DNA from: Lingula anatina
Taxonomy: Eukaryota; Animalia; Brachiopoda
Direction of reading: 5' to 3'
Length of the DNA stretch: 64,000 nt
Assembly (NCBI GenBank): GCA_051362555.1
Contig: CM120640.1
Span: 28,482,503-28,546,502 of the forward strand
How positions within the stretch are numbered: position 1 is the stretch's first letter; each line of letters opens with the position of its first letter. The position numbers and the translations under genes are program-made. Of this stretch, positions 38,796 to 49,311 are shown piece by piece. Under the pieces are notes generated by a model. That model was not told the origin of the DNA. It saw only the letters and a list, made by a program, of their open reading frames with translations, and did not search any database.

Positions 38796-41477
38796 TCACA
38801 GACGGGTGCTGATTGTGGCGCACGTTTGCTCGTGTGTGGGTTTTTCTATACAATAAACTTTAATTTCTTGCCAAACTCTTTTTGTGCAAACTGTAGCAAC
38901 AAATATATACACACCGTCTAAGCACGCGGTAAAAATGAACAAAAACCATAGCACTTCGCTTACGGTGGTATCAGCGACAGAGCCTGCGACGAAACCAAAC
39001 ACCCAGTGAACGCCCATTAAGGACAGCAACTTCACATAAATCGACAGCGTCTGATTCTTTTGATTGCCTAAAAGACTTCCTCGTCTTGCCATAGCAATTT
39101 TTAGTGATCTCACGCATATTACGAACAATACAGTATTCGTTGATATGATGAGGCCAATAGGGGTGACTAAGAAAACCAGTAGAGGATATTTCTGCGATAT
39201 CCAGCAAACGCCCATGTTGTAACCAGGTCGGAAATCAGACTGAATACCAGGGACATGATCTAGACTAACAGCAATGGCAACAAACAGTGCAGGTACACCA
39301 AGAGCATAAAAAAGATACACGAACATTTGACGTCTGAAACGGCCCAGGGTGGAGGTTGTCAACGAACCTAATTTAGTGCTGAAAGTTTTCACCAATTCTA
39401 TTGCTATGACGTTCGTCCAGCAGAAAGACGAAAGTACACTCCAGTGAAACAGAGCTCCAATTATCTCACATCCGAGTGCATTCCCAATAAAAAATGGACG
39501 TAGCAAAAAGAGTACCTTTGACACGAAAAGAATAGTAAAATGTGTGCACTGAAGTCGTAAATGGAAAGTATGATATAACTGAACAAAGGGTTGGAGACCA
39601 ATGCGGATCCCAAGACAAATGATAGAGACGGAGAGGCAAACAATGGAGACGATCCCTGATGCTGCAGAAAATTTAAAGAAGTCAACATTTGCGTCCAGTT
39701 GTGGGATGACAGCTGAATCTATCAAATCGCTGCAGACAAAGATTGAATCATTCTCGATGATGTAATCCCCAGGACGTATCAACTTGTTTACGAAAGGAAT
39801 GTACAACGTGCCATTTTCAAATGTAGTGTATTCAGATATGTTTAGCATGATTCTCGCACAGTCTATTGGGGGAGCGTGATGTAGGCTGAACGAGTAATTT
39901 GAATCTTTGTACACGAACACATAACCTCCATTCTCATACGACAGTTGCAATTCAGCAGTCACATTCGTGAATCCTGTGTCAAAAGCTTCGTTAATGGCCC
40001 TGAAGTCAGGTTTTGTCTGATTTTGTTTCACGAGAAAATCTGTGACCATCAGAAATGTTTTGCCATCCTTCATATCCACAGCGTTTGTTATAACATCCCC
40101 AAATATTTGAAAGCGTGTTTTTATAAAAGAATTCACATTTGTTCGAAGATTAGTATCAACAAAGGTAAAGCCATATCCAAGTGATCCTGAGCCGTTTGTC
40201 ATTTGCCAGGAAGTAATTACCCGTGCACTGTACAGAGTATATTGGTAAACACACGAGTTATTTCTTAGTACATAGTCAGCCATACACATCTGATGTGAAC
40301 ATAAAGATATTTGGGATGAAACGCGGCAGTTTGATTGGACTTGCGAGACTGAAGAAACCATTTGTTGCCTGCCGTTCGTAAACCCGACATTTAATCCGTC
40401 CTCCTGATTGAAATCCATAGTAATTGCAAATGAGAAAAACTCCAGTCGTTGGAAGGGATCGTCCCAGGAGCAGCCTGGTTCTGGACAGCAATAACTACAA
40501 TAACATTCTTCCATCATAAAACTCAACCCAACAACTGATTTGATGACAACGCCGTTACAAAGTGCGCAGTAGAAGTTCTTGTAGGAGGATCCCCCTCTTG
40601 GGTGAATGTAGTCTTGGTGTTGGTAGCATTTTAGTTCTACATCCGGAGAACTCTCATTGACCATGCAGGTACGTATCAAATCAAAACGACACTTTCGAAC
40701 GGGAGCCCACCTTGGTGGGGAAATTATTTTTTTGCAGTAAGGATTGTTTTCCAACTCGGCAATGGGGTCGTTGACGTTCTCTACGTACACCGACGTAGAA
40801 CAGTTAAACCTTAAAGTCCAAAATGTGTAATTCGTTACACCATTACATAAAGCACAGTATACATTTTTAAAATGGATATGAGATGTGTGGTCGGTCACCG
40901 GTATTCGCGCCACTGTCGATGTTGTTTCTGTTTCTTCTAGTTCACATTCCTGACGTATATCATGTGCCCTCCAGAAGTGCGGACAGTCACTTTTTAATAT
41001 CACATTTTTGATTAAACTACCTATACTTTGCAACGGGGGTTCCAATTCCAACGGATATGGCAAGGCTTTACATGTTGGCCATGACGTCATGTTGGACGAT
41101 TCAAACCTTATCTTCGCTCTTTCAAACTCGATTTTACATTCAAGTTCAAAGTCCAAGCAACAATCACCAAACGTCAGACAAAGTTCATCACAAGAACATC
41201 TTCTTTTAAATTCCATGTTTCCACTCACAAGGCCACAGTTCCCTAAACAACTCTGAAATGGACAAGTTTCGTTGGCCAATGCCTCTTCCGGTCGATTGTC
41301 TTCGTCTATATCTTCATCCATGTACATGTACCAATATGGATAAAAGGTGGTCATGGATAGGGACATATCTACGACAGAAATCAGCATGAAAATATACATA
41401 CATGCTGTATCCATAATGCTGCAGAGTAAGATACGGTTTAATTTTACGACTCGTTCTTTCCAAGCAGCTCTTTGCAT
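38796..41477 (-). CDS. Intronless SMB-domain family-B-like 7TM receptor, paralogue 2 (893 aa ORF; true start may be the ATG at 41414)
   Basis: Colinear with and clearly homologous to 29780-32392, with the same SMB domain, Cys-rich repeats, 7TM region and C-terminal STRL. The signal-like segment begins at MDTACMYIFMLISVV. Confidence 0.92.
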   Translation of the reverse strand: MQRAAWKERVVKLNRILLCSIMDTACMYIFMLISVVDMSLSMTTFYPYWYMYMDEDIDEDNRPEEALANETCPFQSCLGNCGLVSGNMEFKRRCSCDELCLTFGDCCLDFELECKIEFERAKIRFESSNMTSWPTCKALPYPLELEPPLQSIGSLIKNVILKSDCPHFWRAHDIRQECELEETETTSTVARIPVTDHTSHIHFKNVYCALCNGVTNYTFWTLRFNCSTSVYVENVNDPIAELENNPYCKKIISPPRWAPVRKCRFDLIRTCMVNESSPDVELKCYQHQDYIHPRGGSSYKNFYCALCNGVVIKSVVGLSFMMEECYCSYCCPEPGCSWDDPFQRLEFFSFAITMDFNQEDGLNVGFTNGRQQMVSSVSQVQSNCRVSSQISLCSHQMCMADYVLRNNSCVYQYTLYSARVITSWQMTNGSGSLGYGFTFVDTNLRTNVNSFIKTRFQIFGDVITNAVDMKDGKTFLMVTDFLVKQNQTKPDFRAINEAFDTGFTNVTAELQLSYENGGYVFVYKDSNYSFSLHHAPPIDCARIMLNISEYTTFENGTLYIPFVNKLIRPGDYIIENDSIFVCSDLIDSAVIPQLDANVDFFKFSAASGIVSIVCLSVSIICLGIRIGLQPFVQLYHTFHLRLQCTHFTILFVSKVLFLLRPFFIGNALGCEIIGALFHWSVLSSFCWTNVIAIELVKTFSTKLGSLTTSTLGRFRRQMFVYLFYALGVPALFVAIAVSLDHVPGIQSDFRPGYNMGVCWISQKYPLLVFLVTPIGLIISTNTVLFVICVRSLKIAMARRGSLLGNQKNQTLSIYVKLLSLMGVHWVFGFVAGSVADTTVSEVLWFLFIFTACLDGVYIFVATVCTKRVWQEIKVYCIEKPTHEQTCATISTRL

Positions 41478-42302
41478 TTGTCATGATCGTGCACGACTCG
41501 CTTGTTAACACAAAGCAGTTAATTTATTAATACTTTTAAGTCCTCAATCTCAACAATTGGATGTCGATTAAAATGGTAATTGAGATTAATGTCACTCAAC
41601 TGGGAACAACTTGCAGGTTGTTACATCTTTTTTACATTAAATTTATTGCTATGATAGATCAGATCACTGTGATGAAAAAAAAAACATCATTGCCATTTGG
41701 CAATTTATCAAATCGTTATGTTTTTTTCTTTTTTGCTTCGTTTGGCACGACACATCCGCCTACAGAAACGCTTGTAGGTAGGGGGAAGGAGTAGATGACA
41801 TTCTCCCTTTCTGCCCACTCTAGGTCCAGCTATCCCCCAACTTGACAACAAGTCACTGGAGACAAACACAGTATATCATAGCCTTGAACATCCCTCAGAG
41901 CTCGCTAAACAATAGCATACACCAGACATTAATCAGTGTATACGTCGCCTGGTGTGACAGTAATGGTAGTCCTAGGAATAAAAGTCCGGGGTCCCATATG
42001 ATTGGTACAGGTTAGGGTTAGTCGGAGTATTGTGGTTAGTATATGTGACGAAAGTCACCTGTGCAAAGTAATTGGGAACAGAATACATGTACGGTTCCTA
42101 GAGTACTTCCATTCCTGTAACACCGGTTTTCAACAGCTCTGTCACATGACCCTGGATCTTGTGCTGTGGTTTGTAAGTTGAGTCGATTTGCTGATAGGCC
42201 CTACACGTACCTACGGATTGTCTGAAAAAAAAAGATCTCGAAATTTTATATCTATGTTCCTGTAGTTCTCTTTTTACTAACTCTTAACTCCCGAACATGT
42301 AA

Positions 42303-43425
42303 TACCCCCGTCACACTAGAGGCGGAATGAGCAAGAATGCCGTCGGAAAGACAATTCTTTGTGCTCTCCTGGATATTCGAAGAGCATTCTAAAAATTCCG
42401 AGTGCGTTTTAAATATTCTTACCCATTCTTGTGGCATCCCGAATGTTTTTGTCATGTTAAAAACTTTCGAAGTGCATTCCAAGTGGAAATTTATCGAATG
42501 GCATTTGAACAGTACTCTAACTGCACTATGACTGCATTCTAAATATTCTCACGGCATTCCGACAGCATTCAAAACATTCTGATCACATTAGAGGAATATT
42601 CGAACTGACAAGTGACTTAAAGCCCCGTCAAACTTGTTCGAAATCAGTAGGAATCAAGCCGGAATTACTAAATTTAAAAATTCGTACCATATTCGGGAGG
42701 GAATTTCAAATTATCATAAAATATTACGGCTTTGTGAGAATGACTCTGGAATAATGGAATGCACATCGAACCCGCCTGGAATGATTCTTGCACATTCCAG
42801 GCATGTTACCTCTCAAATGCAACTCGAATGTAGTTGGAATACTGTAAGGATATTGCGATAAATTTTCTCTTGGAATGCACTTCGAAAGTTTTTGACATGA
42901 CAAAAACAATCGAGCCGGTCACAAGAATGGCAAAAAATATTTGGAATGCACTCAGAATTTTTAGAATGTTTTTAAAATGCTCTTCGAATATCCTGGAATG
43001 CACAAAGAATTGTATTTCAGACGCCATTCTTAATCATTACGCCTCTAGTGTGACGGGGATTTTATATCCCGCCAGAATGTTTCGAATGTGCCTCGGATGA
43101 GCTGAAATATTAATGTTGCCAGCAATCGAACTACACTAGTGCGCCGTTCAAAGTATATTCTAAATATTCTTACTGCCTTCTTACAGCATTATAAATCTTC
43201 CTAGTTTTCCAACTACATTCGAACTGCTTTTGAGAGCTAATACAGTCGAAAGTGCACTCATCATTCCAGGCTAATTCAAGCGCATTCTGAGTATTCCAAC
43301 GGTACTCTTACAATAATTAAGGTCAATTTGAAATTTTCCCCGAATGTGGTGCGAATTTTAAAAAATTTTAGTTCAGGCTCATTCTTCTTCATTCCTGCTG
43401 ATTCCGAATAAGTGTGACGGGGGTA
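42303..43425. mobile_element. Non-autonomous DNA transposon, PIF/Harbinger-like, with two pairs of inverted repeats
   Basis: Termini TACCCCCGTCACACT ... AGTGTGACGGGGGTA, flanked by TAA (42300-42302) and TTA (43426-43428). 42305-42538 is inverted at about 42816-43058, and about 42620-42712 is inverted at about 43326-43423. The body is rich in GAAT/ATTC motifs. Confidence 0.8.
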
Positions 43426-43646
43426 TTATCAACAATGATTTATACTGAAACTGATCAAGCTTGAACTCCGTTGAGGATGTAAGGTTTCTGTCCTGGGGAG
43501 GAGTCAATGCTTCTTACAAGTGTTATTTTGTGTAATTTCCTCGATGAATCCTGTATTTATGTGTGTTACTGTGTCAAGTTTTATCTCAATTTTGCATATA
43601 TTGAAAAAGGTACTTCGTTTCATCTATCTTCGTTTTATCCAAACCC

Positions 43647-43741
43647 CGCTGCTGCCCAAGCATTCCACCGTGTCCAAGAAAACCTTGCAGGGGTCCTGCC
43701 CGTCCAACAGGGCCTCCTCTCTCGAGTCGCTCTGATCATCA
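43647..43741 (-). pseudogene. About 95-bp isolated copy of part of the ankyrin gene CDS (48365-48460)
   Basis: cgctgctgcccaagcattccaccgtgtccaagaaaaccttgcaggggtcctgcccgtccaacagggcctcctctc... aligns to 48365-48460 with a few substitutions and a 1-bp deletion. Confidence 0.9.
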
Positions 43742-43918
43742 ACCGCCACAGATTCGGATTAATTACTTTAACGTAAATGTGTTAGTTGAGATAGGTACAC
43801 TGTACAATGACCTATAGTGTATTTGGCGAATTCGAATCTTAACATACATGTAGTTGGTTGTTGTTTTTGATTTCAATACTTCTCTCTTTGAAAGGCGGGA
43901 AATGCATATCGGTAGTTT

Positions 43919-43950
<32 letters not shown>

Positions 43951-44659
43951 GAGATGGTTATTTTAACTGGAATTCTAGGTTACACACACGTAACACTTGA
44001 TTAGGCAAGCTTTTAAGCCATTGGAGTTATCTTACTTAACAGACCCAAGATGAAGTCTGTTTGCAGCATTTGGCCGCATCAGCGTAATACTGATATGAAG
44101 AGCAGGTACTCCGGCAATGTATCAGTTGAGACCGAGCATAAACCTCAAGCACAATCCAGGATAGGCAGAATTATGTGTCGATTCCCAACGTTTACATGTT
44201 ATGTCAGTCGTCCGAAGACTGAGTGCTCATATTTACTTGATTTCCTTGGAAATAGAATCGATACACAACATCGATTTTCTTTTATTTCTATAACACTCGC
44301 TGAGCTTGGCAATATTTATTGACTTATATTTACTGGAGATTTCTTATCAATCTCTCTTACAAGAAAATACACAGTATAGTTTTTTTTTTCAAAATCCTAG
44401 TAATTTTGCCTTTCTATTTTTCTTCATGGTGGCGTATCTCAGACAGTTTAGAACTAAAAGCACTATGCAGTCATATTTGCCAAGCACAGGGCTGGTGAAT
44501 TCTCAATTCAAAATAAAAAAAATATGAAAGTAAACATTATGCACAGTTCTATGAATGGAATATTAGTTTCCCTGGTGCTTATTTCAATACCTGAAAGTGA
44601 AGAGATGTAAGCTTCTTTGTGACTCATCAATACCAGATGGACCCTTCTGTGGGTTTATC

Positions 44660-44930
44660 ACACCTTTACGATCTCAAGTGCTCGGCGGTTTTATTTGAGA
44701 GGGGGAGAACTTTCTGTCACTGCGTTTGAGTAAACTGCGTGAAGTCGTTTGTAGAGGTGTTCCAGGTAGTCGTGTAACAATAATGTTATTTTAGAATATT
44801 TCACGGTGTGGCAGGGCGAGGTTGTCACAGGCACGGCACAGCTGTGGGGTTAGAAGGTTAAGCGGGTTATTGTAGATTGTAGAAGCTAAATGCCATCTTC
44901 ATCGAGATTCAGGACTTGTTGAGATTTTAA
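44660..44930 (-). mobile_element. Possible decayed Penelope-like retroelement fragment
   Basis: Manual translation with a frameshift gives LDEDG/HLASTIYNNP..LCRACD..LQTTSRSLLKRSDRK, loosely resembling Penelope RT C-terminal motifs (GxLxTxxYRKP, LRRICS, RxxLL). Confidence 0.3.
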
Positions 44931-47900
44931 TGATCGTCAGTAGAGTCCTGGCGCGTTTTAGACACGACTTAAGGCTACTCCAAACTACACTGAATTGCAC
45001 GATTGTTCCCGCATTATTCGCGTCTTACAATGCTTTTTTAGCCGGATTATTTTGAATTGTAATAATACAAAGGCACACCTGCCAGCCAGGTTTTACCGTA
45101 AACAAAACCCACGCAGCGTAAAATGTATGTCTAATTACTACTTCAATTTGCCGGGACGATATGCATATTGCGACATATTACTAAGGAACGGATGGTGAAA
45201 TGAATACATGTTCGGTTCCGGTAATGTTAGAATTGTATACAGCTTTTAAATAACATCCCTTTTTGCCACGATAAAACATTTATGATCAGTGCATGACTAA
45301 TATCATTTCTACTTTTAAAAACATTTTGATTTAAGGCTAAAAGCCATAGAAAATTACCAACTGTTAGTAATTTATTCCCACAGTTATTATTTTCCGTTTT
45401 AAAAAACATTTTGATTATGCGCGATTAGCATAACACAAAATGATCACCTGTGCCGTGAGAAAATTAAAAGCAGGTCATCGTTGTGCTACGATACAGCAAC
45501 GGGGTACTGTTAAAACGAGAAAATGCAAAATATCAAAAAGATCAATTATACTATTCATCGATATCCTTTTTCATTTAATGGTTGAATAAGTGAGTATGTG
45601 TTACGCAATCAGTTCATTGTAATACTGATAATGTCCACTGGGGCAAGGTGAACTGCTGAACTTCTGTAAAGACATAAGTTCCCCCCTACAGATGCAGGCT
45701 AGCCTGTGATATCGGGAGCTTCTAAAATAGTGTCTCTGATGTCAGGGTCTTCTACAATAGTTTGCGTGTAAAATTAAAGTATCAGCGATGCAATAATTTT
45801 GTAACAGACTACTGGCGCACCCTGTAGTCAGAGAGTAGATGCAGGCCGAGAGTCAACCGAAGCTCGATGGTGGGTTTCACCTTGCATCCATCAGCCAAAT
45901 GAATAACCCAATAGATTCAAGGTTTCGCACAATCAAATCCATGAGTGATTCAATTAACCGCATTTAACCGACAAATTTAGTAGGGTTTATGATTGGGTTG
46001 AGATATGAGTTGCTTTTTAAGATTATATTGTAACAGTATGGGCTTGAGAGGGCATTTGATTAATTATAACTGCCAAGGGACACATTTAGTTATACGTAAG
46101 ATGGTATTGATTTATTATTTCCATCATCAATTTTGCAATTATGAAGAATCATAAATTGATACCATTTTGACCGTTGACCTATGCATTTTCACTCAGCAAT
46201 TACATATGCATTTAATCTACACAATTTTCCTAATTACGTGTACGTTCCTTTCAATTTTGTCAAAAGCTTGTGACAGCGCTCGTCTTGCTCTGTCATTGAC
46301 TAAATTCAATCCATACACTCAATTCAAATAAAGAATATGTTACTCAAATTCATATTTTGGATAACTAGAAGCCTGCTGAAGCATTCATTCCATCAAGTTT
46401 TGAATGCGTGATTATATTTGTAATTGATTTTTGCAGGATACAATATGGCGCTCTTGCTATACGAGTAAGGTTTGAAAGGTCACCCGTTGATTATAACAAA
46501 CCATTAATGATGACAAATCATTACAAACTTTGTATCTGGGTTCTGCGGCGATAGGGCCTATTTTCTGGGATCATGATCTCCTCGAGCAATCCAATATTTT
46601 CGAGGAAGAAAAAATTCAGTTTCGTTGTGTGCGCATTTCATCTTACCGCAGTGAACAGTTACAAAATAAATGATGAAGATTATCAGTACCAGTTAATTTA
46701 TCTATATCAAAGCTCTTTAGAAAAAGTCGGTGCTCTGTAAAAAGGCATACGCTTCAAGATATAACCTGAGAAGTTTATGAATTTAGAATTAAACTTTTCC
46801 TTAGTTACAAACTATTTATCTATTAATCCAACTTTCGCCGTAATCCATACATATGTCACCTGATACAGCGTCTTTTCTGTTTCACCTGTCAAAACCAACT
46901 TTTGAAATTGGATCTGAAACGACTTATATTAACTAACCCCAAGTAAACTGAACATTTACGAAATGCTGAATGTTTTGGTCATTGACTGAAACCAATAGTT
47001 GGTGCCTCAGGCTGAAGCTGTATTTTTGGTTATACGAAAGAAAAGTCACAATGTTAGAGAATGCCAAAGGGCAAAATAACATAAAATACCCTTCGGCCTA
47101 ACCTGACATTGAAATCTTAGTTCTTTGCAGGCATTGTGACCCAGTGCGAAAAGGATAGTTTAATATTATCTTAGCATCGATTTTGGTATAAAGAAAATAT
47201 TTGTATTTTAAACGCCTCCGAGTTGCACGTTCATGCACAATGCAATCTTTTGTCAGGAAACAATACTTGTTAATTTCAAAACATAGAGTTAGACTTTCTT
47301 CACCTGTTCAGTTTTGGAACAAAGCCCGATTTGGCGTTTCTACTGCATGATATTACTTAATTGCAATCCCGTGAGAAAAATGCTGTAATATTTAAAATCC
47401 TTTTAAAACATTTGACCCGAGGGCTGTAAAAAGGGTAGCGACAAATATACACTTTGATGCAACTATGGTTTACCAGGGGAATGTACCATTTGTAACATAA
47501 AAAGAAAAATAAACCGCCAGCAAAAAGATTAGCGTAAATAATTTTATTGTCCATATCTGAGATATTTTTCGAATCAGACAGAGTACCAACATTCAATCTT
47601 CTATCTAAAATTCAAAACTTTATCTCCGATGACCTCACTAATGTAAAATTAGGAACAGCCCCCTGTGACAGATAGAGGGGTGTGATATACATGTACGTCC
47701 TTTGCAAAGACGTGACTCAGGCATTTTCTGGATATTGACAGTACGAGAAATATTACATAATTACCCTGCTTGGTGTGAGCATAAATACAGCGATTAATTT
47801 TTCTAAAAGAGAATCGGCATTGAATCACAAGTATGTGTATTTTGATTGGAATAAGCTCTTTTTGATTTAATAGAAAATTCATCGTCTAGGCTAGTTTTGA

Positions 47901-47988
47901 TTGGGTTTGATTGGGTCGGTCATCACAGTTATAGGTTTTCTGTCTTGATGGTGGCACAAATTGGTCGCATGGGTGTCCCTCGTGACAG

Positions 47989-49311
47989 TCATGACTTGGT
48001 GACTACCATGCTTCCCCGGGGTGTCACTGCTGGAGTGAACTCCCCGGGGGCGGCAATTTCTATTGAAATCCCAGGGTCCCTGAAAACAATCTCACCCCGT
48101 TGTTCTTCCTCCGGTTGAGGTAGCGAAAAGTAATACTGATCAGAATACAGTTTGAACAAAGTCGAAAGATCTGGTCGCATTTGTGTGTGACTTCGCTTGG
48201 TGAACGCCAGAAGTTTAGCGGTGGACGGGTGGGGGTTGCCTTGACGAGTCGCCCCTCGCGTAAATGTCGTGAACGCCGTGCGCGTGGACACGGGCCTGTG
48301 ACTGGCATTGGAAGCTTCAGAGGCCTGGGAAGACTCATTACTGGACCCAATCACATTGGTTTGTCGCTGCTGCTCAAGCACTTCCACCGTGTCCAAGAAA
48401 ACCTTGCGGGCGTCCTGCCCGTCCAACAGGGCCTCCTCTCGCGACTCGCGCTGATCACCATAGTTACCGGCAAATATGGTTGGAAGTCTGATGGAGCTGT
48501 CGTAGAAGCTGGAAAGATCGTGGACGGCTTTAACATGTCGGCAAATCGGGGTGTAATTTCTTCGGTACATGTCGTGCTCTCTCGGCAGTCGTGTGTCACC
48601 ACAAGGGGATGAAGAGGACGGTTGAGTGTGGGGACGGTGAAGAATTTGGTTCTTCTGAGCGTGTAACTTGATAGCACTCGCTCTTAATTCATAACTTCTT
48701 CTAGCCCACTCAGAGGCGTTGAGAAAATACTCATTGTCACGTAGCTTTGACGCTGCACCGCCTTCCTTGAGCAAAATGTGTGCTGACACATAATGTCCGT
48801 GCTTAGCAGCAAGGAGGAGGGCTGTGTAACCCAGATTATTCCTTATATCAATAGGAAGTCCGTAGCGGTTCAGTATATCCACCACTAATTTAACAACAGC
48901 GGGTTTGCCACTGGTGGCTGCGTGGATCAACGGCGTGTTGCCGTCATTGTCCTTGTCGTTTACTCCCATGATGTCTTCCCTGAGGATCCTCCTCACTATT
49001 TCATGCTTTCCCTTCATACAAGCATAACTGAGAGCAGACCGACCGAATATGTCTTTCGCATTCAAGAACGCCCCCGCCTTGAGGCAGATTTTTGCCATTT
49101 TCAAACCCACCTCTTCGTTATCTAAAATACAGGATATCATCATGGGGGTCCTTCCGTTCATGTCCCGTGAATCGACGTTACACTTGTGGACTGAGACCAA
49201 GAGACGAACCTGGTGAAGACGCCCGTCGACGATGGCCTGGTGTAGCGCCGTTTTGACCGGTCTTTTTGGTGACCGAATGGACAGGTTACTAGACATTCCA
49301 ATGATGTCCAT
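47989..49311 (-). CDS. Intronless ankyrin-repeat protein, ANKRD34/ANKRD63-like (about 440 aa)
   Basis: About five N-terminal ankyrin repeats (TALHQAI, GRTPMMISC, GRSALSYAC, GNTPLIHAA, GYTALLLAA) followed by a low-complexity Ser/Arg-rich tail. First ATG at 49311. Confidence 0.9.
   Translation of the reverse strand: MDIIGMSSNLSIRSPKRPVKTALHQAIVDGRLHQVRLLVSVHKCNVDSRDMNGRTPMMISCILDNEEVGLKMAKICLKAGAFLNAKDIFGRSALSYACMKGKHEIVRRILREDIMGVNDKDNDGNTPLIHAATSGKPAVVKLVVDILNRYGLPIDIRNNLGYTALLLAAKHGHYVSAHILLKEGGAASKLRDNEYFLNASEWARRSYELRASAIKLHAQKNQILHRPHTQPSSSSPCGDTRLPREHDMYRRNYTPICRHVKAVHDLSSFYDSSIRLPTIFAGNYGDQRESREEALLDGQDARKVFLDTVEVLEQQRQTNVIGSSNESSQASEASNASHRPVSTRTAFTTFTRGATRQGNPHPSTAKLLAFTKRSHTQMRPDLSTLFKLYSDQYYFSLPQPEEEQRGEIVFRDPGISIEIAAPGEFTPAVTPRGSMVVTKS

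Noticed and set aside
31260-41256. Paired alternative-frame and antisense ORFs (31260-31475/40276-40491, 31875-32246/41008-41256)
   Set aside because: Shadows of the two paralogous receptor CDSs.
42252-43100. Several mutually similar ORFs (MECTSKVF.., MEYCKD.., MPSERQFF.., MASEIQFF..)
   Set aside because: Artefacts of the inverted repeats in the non-autonomous transposon; no transposase motifs.
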